From: an uncultured Syntrophaceae bacterium
GTDB taxonomy: Bacteria; Desulfobacterota; Syntrophia; Syntrophales; UBA8958
NCBI GenBank assembly: GCA_964492965.1
Contig: CAZBME010000010.1
Span: 11,031 to 75,030 of the forward strand
Length of the DNA stretch: 64,000 nt
Reading direction: 5' to 3'
The notes under the pieces were generated by a model, which saw only the letters and a program-made list of their open reading frames with translations, had not been told where the DNA came from and searched no databases. Made by a program: the position numbers and the translations under genes. Below, in pieces: positions 46,010-53,724 of this stretch; within the stretch, counting starts at the first letter, position 1; each line of letters begins with the position of its first letter.

Positions 46010-47227
46010 CTATTGAATATTGCCTTTATCCCGGGGATGATCCTTATATTGCGAGGCCAGAACGCTGTAATAGGCGAAAAATAACTCCCTGAAGGAATCC
46101 GTTTCCTGCGTGTTGCTGAATCCGATCTGCGCAAACAGCGGTTCAAAATAGCCTTGCAGGCCTTTGCCCATGAGTTCAGCCTGGGGCGCCGTCATTGCCT
46201 CAATCGCCTTTGCCTTCAGGTCTGGGAAAAGGCCGGTTCGGTCTTTGGCGGCGAGAAGTCGCCGAAGCATCGTCTCATATTCTCTTTCTTGCCAGATAAC
46301 GGCGCCCGTCGCCGTGGCGTCTTCTTCTCTCGCCTCTTCAGCCCTTCTGCGGGCCATCTCCTCTTCCACCGCCTGCAAATGGCATTTCTTGTATTTCTTC
46401 CCGGAACCGCAAGGGCAAGGGTCGTTACGGCCGGTATGGGAGAAACGGTTGATGATCTCCTCCTTCATCAGGCGTTCTTCCTCTTTGGCGTCTTCCTCCT
46501 CCCATCGCTGCTGCCTTGCGTCGATCTCTTCCCTGCTGTAAAAAGCCTCCAGATCTTTCCGGAATCCAGGCTGATGATCGGGGGAGTCGCTGTTATAGAA
46601 ATAATCGAGGTCCGCCCGGCTGATGGTAATCGGGTCATACTCGCCTGCATCCAGAAGCTTTTCGAATAAGGGCCGGAGGTCGTGCCGTTTGAGACCGGCG
46701 AAATCGGCTATCAGATGGCTTTTGATTTCGTAATATTTCCCGGCCGATGCGATGATCGTCATGAAAAAGGCCTCGATATCCTGCCTGGTTTCCGGATATT
46801 TCCCCCAGATGTTCCACAGGCCGTCCAACTCAAACAGGGAAGCACTGTCTTCCTCCGGGTCGTGTTCTTCAAGGATGCGGACCTTGAGTGCGGGGATGGC
46901 TGCGGGGCCTATCCGAACATAGCATTCGCCCAAGGCTTCATACAGCCAATCAATATCATAGGCATCGGCATAGCGGGAAGCTGTCAGGAAGGCCGGCAGA
47001 GATCGTTCATCGGCAAGGATGCCCAGAATATAGGCGGCATGAATGACCCCCCAACCGCGCTCGTCTTCGCCATCGTAATTTTCCTTTTTCTGAAGAACCT
47101 CGCAAAGAAAGGGAACCATGGTTTGTTTGCGTATTTTGGCTTCCTCGACGTAATCAATATCGAGGCGATCCTCTTTTGTGAAAATCAGATTGCAAAATGT
47201 CTTGTCGGATAAGTCCTGATAGTTCAT
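46010..47227 (-). CDS. SEC-C-motif protein with DUF1186-like N-terminal domain
   Basis: The SEC-C metal-binding motif is RNDPCPCGSGKKYKKCH. Start placed at ATG 47227 behind AGGAGA; the ORF-track TTG 47248 is rejected. Confidence 0.75.
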   Translation of the reverse strand: MNYQDLSDKTFCNLIFTKEDRLDIDYVEEAKIRKQTMVPFLCEVLQKKENYDGEDERGWGVIHAAYILGILADERSLPAFLTASRYADAYDIDWLYEALGECYVRIGPAAIPALKVRILEEHDPEEDSASLFELDGLWNIWGKYPETRQDIEAFFMTIIASAGKYYEIKSHLIADFAGLKRHDLRPLFEKLLDAGEYDPITISRADLDYFYNSDSPDHQPGFRKDLEAFYSREEIDARQQRWEEEDAKEEERLMKEEIINRFSHTGRNDPCPCGSGKKYKKCHLQAVEEEMARRRAEEAREEDATATGAVIWQEREYETMLRRLLAAKDRTGLFPDLKAKAIEAMTAPQAELMGKGLQGYFEPLFAQIGFSNTQETDSFRELFFAYYSVLASQYKDHPRDKGNIQ

Positions 47228-47565
47228 GAATATTCTCCTGAACGTCAAAGATTGAAAATGACTGGGTACATTAGCCTAAGTGGCGGAAAAATGCACAGGA
47301 AAAACGCTCAGGCCTTGAGTGAGAGGACGCGCCTTTTGTTCCCAATATGGCATTGAATCGGGAAGCCGTTGTTCTTATACTTGCAGTTGTGTATTTTCGT
47401 ATAGTCAGGAAGAATTATATAAACTGGGGACTTATATAACACCCGGTATCAAGCATCCCGTATGCAGGGGAGCGGGGAGCGATGATTTGAGTAGCTCAAA
47501 CCCTGGCCCACTCCATTAGGGGCGAGGGCCGGGGAGAGAGAGATTGTACATCGGAATAAGGACAA

Positions 47566-48884
47566 ATGCCAGTAATGTCGGACCTGGAAACAAAAAAAGA
47601 AGAAAGCAGCTCCCTGGAAAAACGAACGATGCGGCGCGTAACGCTCCGATTGATTCCCTTCATGTTTATCCTCTACATCGTGGCTTATCTGGACCGGATC
47701 AATGTGGGGTTTGCCGCCTTGCAGATGAATGCGGAGTTGCATTTGAGCCATGCCGTTTTCGGTCTGGGGAGCGGGATCTTCTTCATCGGTTATTTCCTTT
47801 TTGAAATTCCGAGCAACCTCATTCTGCAAAGAGTTGGGGCGCGTTTGTGGATCGCCCGGATCATGGTTTCCTGGGGCCTGATTTCCTCGGCCCTGATGTT
47901 TGTCTCGGGACCGAAAAGCTTCTATGCCCTCCGCTTTCTTCTGGGCCTCGCGGAGGCCGGTTTCTTTCCGGGCATGATCCTGTATCTCACCTACTGGTTT
48001 CCCATCCGATACATGGCGCGCAACGTTGCGCTTTTCATGACGGCGACGTCTCTGGCCGGCGTCATCGGCGGTCCTGTTTCCGGGGCGCTTTTGGAAATGC
48101 ACGGTTTTGGGGGCCTATCGGGCTGGCAGTGGCTTTTCCTCCTGGAAGGAGTCCCGGCCGTAATTCTGGGTGTGGTGGTCCTCTTTTATCTGCCCGAACG
48201 TCCGGAAAAGGCGGCCTGGCTGCCCCAGGCAGAGAAGGTGTGGCTGCTTGATCAATTGGTCACGGAGCAGCAGGATAAGGGAAACGAGGCAGAGCGAAAT
48301 TTACTGCAGGCCTTGAAAAGCGGCCGGGTGTGGGTCCTTTGTCTAATCTATTTCTCGCTTGTCGTTGCCATGTACGGCGTAACATTGTGGATGCCTCTCA
48401 TATTGAGTGACCTGTCCGGATGGCGTGATTTGGGTGTCGGCCTTGTCTCTCTTATCCCCTATCTGGCGGCGGCTTTGTTCATGATCGTTATGGGCGCGTC
48501 TTCGGATCGAACGGGGGAGCGCAGGCTGCACATTTCGGGTTCCCTGATATTGGCGGCCCTCGGATTTATCCTTTCCATTTTTGCCGATTCCCTCACAGGC
48601 AAGATCATCTGCCTGCTCATCGCCGCCGCCGGTATCTGGGGAGCCCTCGGTCCTTTCTGGGCGTTGGCCGGTTCATTTTTGAGCGGGACCGGCGCAGCAG
48701 GCGGCATCGCCCTGATCAATTCCGTCGAAACCTCGGAGGGTTCGTCGGGCCATCTCTGATGGGATTTTTCCGGGACTGGACCGGCTCTTACGCCACAGGG
48801 CTTTCACTGCTGGGCCTAATGATTTTCCTGGGTGGAATGCTTACGTGGCTTCTGAAATTCAGCGGCGGGCACAAGAGTCATTAG
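47566..48884 (+). pseudogene. MFS transporter, anion:cation symporter (tartrate/phthalate-permease-like) family, interrupted by a 1-nt frameshift near 48727
   Basis: The ORF reads ...GGIALINSVETSEGSSGHL*. The adjacent frame from 48729 reads NLGGFVGPSLMGFFRDWTGSYATGLSLLGLMIFLGGMLTWLLKFSGGHKSH* (stop at 48882-48884). This restores the conserved INSxGNLGGFxGP motif and the last TM helix. Confidence 0.75.
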
Positions 48885-48999
48885 CCTGGAGAACCAACAA
48901 TAGCCGGTTTATCTTGCATCCAGTTGCGATTTTGTCTTTTGGATACTACCCAATGAATTCAATGTAATATACTTGCTTATGCCCAGGGGAAAAAACTTC

Positions 49000-49028
49000 T
49001 TGACAAATAAGATGACCGGTCATATTGT
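49000..49028 (+). promoter_or_regulatory. Sigma70 promoter with embedded perfect 12-bp palindrome (candidate TetR operator)
   Basis: TTGACA (49000-49005) N17 TATTGT (49023-49028). The palindrome ATGACCGGTCAT (49012-49023) fills the spacer and touches the -10. The TetR ATG lies 6 nt after the -10. Confidence 0.55.
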
Positions 49029-49034
49029 TCCGCC

Positions 49035-49631
49035 ATGATCAGGGATAGTATTCATATCAAAGAAAAACTGCTGGAAGTCGGCGCCGCCTTATTTTGCGAG
49101 CGCGGATACCATGGTACGGGTATCCAGGAAATTGTAGATGCCATGGGCGTTCCGAAGGGGTCTTTCTACAACTATTTCAAAAGTAAAGAAGGCTTTGCGG
49201 CTGAGATCGTAAAACACTATGCAAACCATGTCTCAGAGGCGTGGACGCTGTTGATTGCCCAGGGACCGGAGGATGACCCGCTTAAAATGTTGCGTAACGC
49301 TTTCGAGTCCATGATCCAGGGCCAGGATGCCTGCCCTGTCAAGACGGGCTGCCTGATCGGCAATCTGGCCGGAGAATTGGCGGAATCCAGCGAATTATGC
49401 CGTATCACCCTACAGTCAGTGATGGTTACGTGGTGTGACCGCGTGGCTTATCATCTTGAGCGCGCCCAGGTTCAGGGTACCGTACGCCGGGACATTAAGG
49501 CAGCGGAACTTGCCCAGTTCTGCTGGGATGCCTGGGAAGGCAGTCTTTTGCGCATGAAGATAGAGAACTCGACGGAGCCCATTCGCCACTGTGTTGCCCT
49601 CTTGTTTGATGTCTTCATGAAGCCAAAATGA
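49035..49631 (+). CDS. TetR/AcrR-family transcriptional regulator
   Basis: The HTH block is GYHGTGIQEIVDAMGVPKGSFYNYFKSKEGF. Confidence 0.9.
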   Translation: MIRDSIHIKEKLLEVGAALFCERGYHGTGIQEIVDAMGVPKGSFYNYFKSKEGFAAEIVKHYANHVSEAWTLLIAQGPEDDPLKMLRNAFESMIQGQDACPVKTGCLIGNLAGELAESSELCRITLQSVMVTWCDRVAYHLERAQVQGTVRRDIKAAELAQFCWDAWEGSLLRMKIENSTEPIRHCVALLFDVFMKPK

Positions 49632-49674
49632 TTTGGTTACTATTTTCATAATAAACAATCAAAGGAGAAAAGAC

Positions 49675-50832
49675 ATGTTGAAGTTCAGCTATCAAAACCC
49701 CACCAAGATTTTATTCGGACAGGGATGTATCGCAGGCATCAAGAAGGAGATCCCGAAGGGGGCAAAAGTCCTGATTACCTATGGGGGCGGCAGTGTCAAG
49801 CAAAACGGCGTTCTCGATGAGGTGAAGGCGGCACTGGAAGGATACGACTTGTCTGAATTCGGCGGTATCGAACCGAATCCCACCTATGAGACACTGATGC
49901 AGTGCGTCGAGCTGGTGCGCTCCTCAAAAATTGATTTTCTCCTTGCCGTTGGCGGCGGATCGGTGATTGATGGAACAAAGTTCATTGCGGCGGCAGTCCC
50001 TTACGAGGGAGAACCCTGGGAGATCCTCGAAAAATACGGCTTCGGGGTCAAGCATGCCTTACCCTTCGGCACTGTTTTGACAATCCCTGCCGCAGGTTCC
50101 GAAATGAACAGCGGCGCCGTAATCACCAGAAAGTCTTTGCAGGCCAAACTTCCTTTTGCCAGCGCAGCGGTATTCCCGAAATTTTCAGCACTCGATCCGA
50201 CCAAGACCTATACGCTGCCGGGCAACCAGATCAGCAATGGTGTCGTGGATACCTTTATTCATATCGTGGAACAATATATCACCTATCCGGTTAATGGAAA
50301 GGTCCAGGATCGCTTTGCGGAGGGGCTGCTGATGACCTTGATCGAAGAAGGTCCGAAAGCCCTGCAGGAACCGGAAAATTTCGATATCCGGGCCAATCTG
50401 ATGTGGTGCGCCACCATGGGCCTCAACGGGCTCATCGGTGCAGGCGTACCCCAGGATTGGTCAACCCATATGGTTGGTCATGAAATTACGGCCTTGCATG
50501 GTGTGGATCATGCCCGGACGCTGGCCGTCGTCCTGCCTGCGATGCTGAAAGTACGCAAGGAAGCGAAACGACAGAAGCTGCTGCAATACGCCGAGCGTGT
50601 CTGGGGATTGACGGCAGGGGATGAAGACAGTCGAATCGATGGGGCCATTGAAAAGACACGTGAATTTTTCGAAGGAATGCAGGTGCGGACCCGTCTCCGC
50701 GACTATGGCATTACCGCCGACAGTATCCCCGTTCTGCTGGAACAGCTGAAAAAGCACGGCATGGTTACTCTCGGTGAGCGTCGCGACGTTACGCCCGAGA
50801 CGATTCGTGAGGTCTTGGAGCTCTGCCTGTAA
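49675..50832 (+). CDS. yqhD: Iron-containing NADPH-dependent aldehyde reductase/alcohol dehydrogenase, YqhD type
   Basis: It is near-colinear with E. coli YqhD as I recall it: ILFGQG...VLITYGGGSVK, FGGIEPNPTYETL, AVGGGSVIDGTKFIAAA, QDRFAEG, GAGVPQDWSTHMVGHE. Start placed at ATG 49675 behind AAAGGAG. Confidence 0.88.
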   Translation: MLKFSYQNPTKILFGQGCIAGIKKEIPKGAKVLITYGGGSVKQNGVLDEVKAALEGYDLSEFGGIEPNPTYETLMQCVELVRSSKIDFLLAVGGGSVIDGTKFIAAAVPYEGEPWEILEKYGFGVKHALPFGTVLTIPAAGSEMNSGAVITRKSLQAKLPFASAAVFPKFSALDPTKTYTLPGNQISNGVVDTFIHIVEQYITYPVNGKVQDRFAEGLLMTLIEEGPKALQEPENFDIRANLMWCATMGLNGLIGAGVPQDWSTHMVGHEITALHGVDHARTLAVVLPAMLKVRKEAKRQKLLQYAERVWGLTAGDEDSRIDGAIEKTREFFEGMQVRTRLRDYGITADSIPVLLEQLKKHGMVTLGERRDVTPETIREVLELCL

Positions 50833-50934
50833 GAACCCTGTGCCGGGTTGATTTGCACGTTTCCTGCAGGGAAATCGCTTTATAACGACGCTATGGCCGC
50901 TTGTAAATGGGCCGATAAAAATAAGGATTTGAAT

Positions 50935-51759
50935 ATGGGTCTTTTTGTGATCGATCAGGAAAAATGTAAACGTGACGGCATCTGTGTGAAAGATTGCCCG
51001 GCCCAGGTGATGGCCATGACTGATAAAAACGCCTTCCCGACGCCGATAGAGGATGCCGAGGAGTTCTGTATCAACTGCGGGCACTGTGTGGTTGTATGCC
51101 CTCATGGCGCCTTAACGCTCTTGACCATGTCTCCGGATGGATGTTCTCCCCTGCAAAAGGATCGCCTTCCCGGACCGGAGGCCATGGGGCAGCTTTTAAG
51201 GGCGAGGCGTTCCATCCGCCAGTACAAAAAAGCACCCGTACCCCATGATCTCTTGGAGGACCTGATTGATACGGCCCGCTATGCGCCCACGGGGAGCAAT
51301 AAACAGCAGGTGCACTGGACGGTTTTTGAAGACCCGGCGGCTCTGAAACGCTTTGCAGCAATGGTGATCGATTTTACAAGGCAGAACCTTCCGGGAATTG
51401 AGGATGCGGACATGGTCAGGCGCATGGGTCGCATCATCACCGCCTGGGATAATGGTAAAGACCGGATCCTGCGCGGGGCGCCGAACTTGATCCTGGTGCA
51501 TTCCCCGGCCGACCTGCCTTTTGCCGAGGCGGACTGCGTGATCGCCCTGACCTACCTGGAACTCTACGCCTATGCCAAAGGACTGGGGACCTGCTGGGGC
51601 GGCTATTTCACGGCAGCGGCCAATTTTTATGCACCCCTGACCGAAGCCTTAAGGTTGCCCGCAGGGCACCAATGCTATGGCGCGGTCATGTTAGGCTACC
51701 CGAAAACCGGCTATGAGCGGATTCCGCAAAGAAATGCACCGCTGGTTAGCTGGCGGTGA
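50935..51759 (+). CDS. Nitroreductase-family protein with N-terminal 2x[4Fe-4S] ferredoxin domain
   Basis: The ferredoxin motifs are CKRDGICVKDCP and CINCGHCVVVCP. The nitroreductase fold follows (RRSIRQY, APTGSNKQ). Confidence 0.85.
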   Translation: MGLFVIDQEKCKRDGICVKDCPAQVMAMTDKNAFPTPIEDAEEFCINCGHCVVVCPHGALTLLTMSPDGCSPLQKDRLPGPEAMGQLLRARRSIRQYKKAPVPHDLLEDLIDTARYAPTGSNKQQVHWTVFEDPAALKRFAAMVIDFTRQNLPGIEDADMVRRMGRIITAWDNGKDRILRGAPNLILVHSPADLPFAEADCVIALTYLELYAYAKGLGTCWGGYFTAAANFYAPLTEALRLPAGHQCYGAVMLGYPKTGYERIPQRNAPLVSWR

Positions 51760-51805
51760 TTAACGCCGGTTGAGATCATAGTGTTTTTTCCACCATGCCG
51801 TTTTC

Positions 51806-51872
51806 CCCCCTTTTGTAAAGGGGGATTCAGGGATATTTTGAAGTTTATGACAAAGTAAAAAATCCCCCCTTT
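51806..51872. repeat. CCCCCTTT-N3-AAAGGGGG hairpin plus a degenerate second copy
   Basis: CCCCCTTT (51806-51813) tgt AAAGGGGG (51817-51824). The second copy is CCCCCCTTT (51864-51872) agc AAAG. Translated, they read PPFVKGDSGIF and NPPFSKE. Confidence 0.6.
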
Positions 51873-51914
51873 AGCAAAGAATGATAAGGACTGTTAAAAG
51901 CAAAGGAGAGCATC

Positions 51915-52976
51915 ATGAAGGACGTTTATCAACGATTGGCGGAGTTTCTTGACACCTTTCCCCAGAGGTATCCGCTCCATACGGAAACGGGAATTGAGCT
52001 GAAAGTCCTGAAGCACATATTCTCGCCTGAGGATGCGGAAATGGTGATGAAGCTCACCCCGATGCCGGAAACGGCCGCGGAGGTTGCCGGGCGCATCGGG
52101 GCGGATCCGGAAAAAACCGAGCAGATGCTCTTTGAGATGTCCCATAAGGGGCAGATTTTTCGTATTGGGAAAGCCGGGAGTTATAAATACATGGCAACGG
52201 CATTCCTGGTGGGGATCATCGAGTTCCAAATGAATCGCATGACTCCCGAATTTGCCAAAGACATGGCGGAGTTTGGGCCGATTCTGTTCGAAAACACCTG
52301 GATGAAAGGAAAAACGAGAGACCTCCGGACAATCCCTATTTCTGAAAGCGTGGACTCGGACGCCCAGGTCATGCCCTACGAAAGCGCCGAGGCGGCCATC
52401 AAATCGGCCAAGTATATCGGCGTTTCCGATTGTATGTGCCGGAGACAGAAAGAGCTTCTGAACGAGCCATGCAGCAAGCCGATGGAGGTGTGTTTTCATT
52501 TCGGCAGCGGTGTGCATTATTTTGTGGAAAACGGTATGGGGCGCTATATTGGACAGGAAGAAGCCCTTGCCATACTGAAGAAAGGCGAGGAAGCCGGCCT
52601 CGTCTGTCAGTTGAGTTCCTCCCAGAATGCCGTCGCCCTTTGCATGTGCTGCGACTGCTGCTGTGGGCCCCTTATCGCCTATAACAAATACGAAAAACCC
52701 TCGGAGATGGTCAACAGCAGCTTCTTTGCCCGGGTGAGCGAAGACGGCTGCATCGGCTGCGAGCTCTGCGAGGAGCGCTGCCCCATGGACGCCATTTCCA
52801 TGGATGATGTCGCCCATGTCAACCTGGACCGCTGCATCGGCTGTGGCGTCTGCGCCGTCACCTGTCCCACCGAGGCCATCAAGGTCTTCAGGAAAGACAG
52901 GGAAAATGAATTCGTCCCGGAAAAAGACCTGTTCACGGCGACCATGGCGATCCATCAGCAACGAAGGGAAATATGA
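51915..52976 (+). CDS. Cysteine-rich Fe-S protein with C-terminal 2x[4Fe-4S] ferredoxin motifs and a winged-helix-like N-terminus
   Basis: The ferredoxin motifs are CIGCELCEERCP and CIGCGVCAVTCP. Extra Cys clusters are CMCRRQ...C...C and CMCCDCCCGP. RBS AAAGGAG. Confidence 0.75.
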   Translation: MKDVYQRLAEFLDTFPQRYPLHTETGIELKVLKHIFSPEDAEMVMKLTPMPETAAEVAGRIGADPEKTEQMLFEMSHKGQIFRIGKAGSYKYMATAFLVGIIEFQMNRMTPEFAKDMAEFGPILFENTWMKGKTRDLRTIPISESVDSDAQVMPYESAEAAIKSAKYIGVSDCMCRRQKELLNEPCSKPMEVCFHFGSGVHYFVENGMGRYIGQEEALAILKKGEEAGLVCQLSSSQNAVALCMCCDCCCGPLIAYNKYEKPSEMVNSSFFARVSEDGCIGCELCEERCPMDAISMDDVAHVNLDRCIGCGVCAVTCPTEAIKVFRKDRENEFVPEKDLFTATMAIHQQRREI

Positions 52977-53006
52977 GAAACGACCATCAAGGAGGAGGAT
53001 ATCGAC

Positions 53007-53684
53007 ATGGAATTAAAAGATGCCATCAGAAAACGGATAAGTGTCAGAGGCTACAAGAAAGATCCCGTTCCCAAGACAATTTTGAGTGAGATCATTGAGG
53101 TCTCTCTGCGGTCGCCTTCGGCGATGAATGTTCAACCCTGGGAGATCACCGTGGTCGCCGGGGAGCCTCTGGCCCAACTCTGCCGGGAGAATATGGCGTT
53201 GCTCCGGGGCGGGCAGATGCCGGGTCCCGACCTGGGGCATGCGAAACCCTATGAGGGGGTGCACAAGGATCGCCAAAGGACTTTGGGATTTGAGCTATAC
53301 GGTCTCCTGGGCATCGCCCGGGACGATAAAGAGAAGAGAAATGAATGGATGATGACCGGTTTTCGCGCCTTTGACGCGCCGGCTATTCTTATTGTATCGG
53401 CAGATGAGAGCCTGGAAGCCAGGCTGGCGGCCTCGGATATCGGGGGGCTGATTCAGACCATCTGCCTGACCGCTCTGGAATACGGCCTCGGCACCTGCAT
53501 CAACGGCCAGGGCATCCTGTTTCCCGAGGTGGTGCGAAAGGTGACGGGGATTCCTGTCTCTAAAAAGATGTATATCTGCATCGCCATCGGTTATCCCGAC
53601 TGGGATCACCCGGCCAATAAGCTGATCAGTGCCAGGGAATCCCTGGAAAACGTCGTGAACTGGGTGGGATTTGAGAAAAATTGA
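53007..53684 (+). CDS. Nitroreductase-family protein
   Basis: 225 aa with RISVRGY, SPSAMNVQPW and LEYGLGTC. RBS AAGGAGGAGG. Confidence 0.88.
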   Translation: MELKDAIRKRISVRGYKKDPVPKTILSEIIEVSLRSPSAMNVQPWEITVVAGEPLAQLCRENMALLRGGQMPGPDLGHAKPYEGVHKDRQRTLGFELYGLLGIARDDKEKRNEWMMTGFRAFDAPAILIVSADESLEARLAASDIGGLIQTICLTALEYGLGTCINGQGILFPEVVRKVTGIPVSKKMYICIAIGYPDWDHPANKLISARESLENVVNWVGFEKN

Positions 53685-53724
53685 TTCTGACCATGATCTC
53701 ATTCTGAAGGAGCATAACTGAACC

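Noticed and set aside
47249-47565. A 317-nt leader upstream of the MFS gene. It contains short hairpins (TTTGAG-tag-CTCAAA; CCCTGGCCC...GGGCCGGGG) and a 66-aa GTG-initiated ORF (47319-47519).
   Set aside because: I recognise no riboswitch signature. The ORF has no RBS and a Cys/Ser-rich, improbable translation. The downstream gene is itself frameshifted, so regulatory inference is weak.
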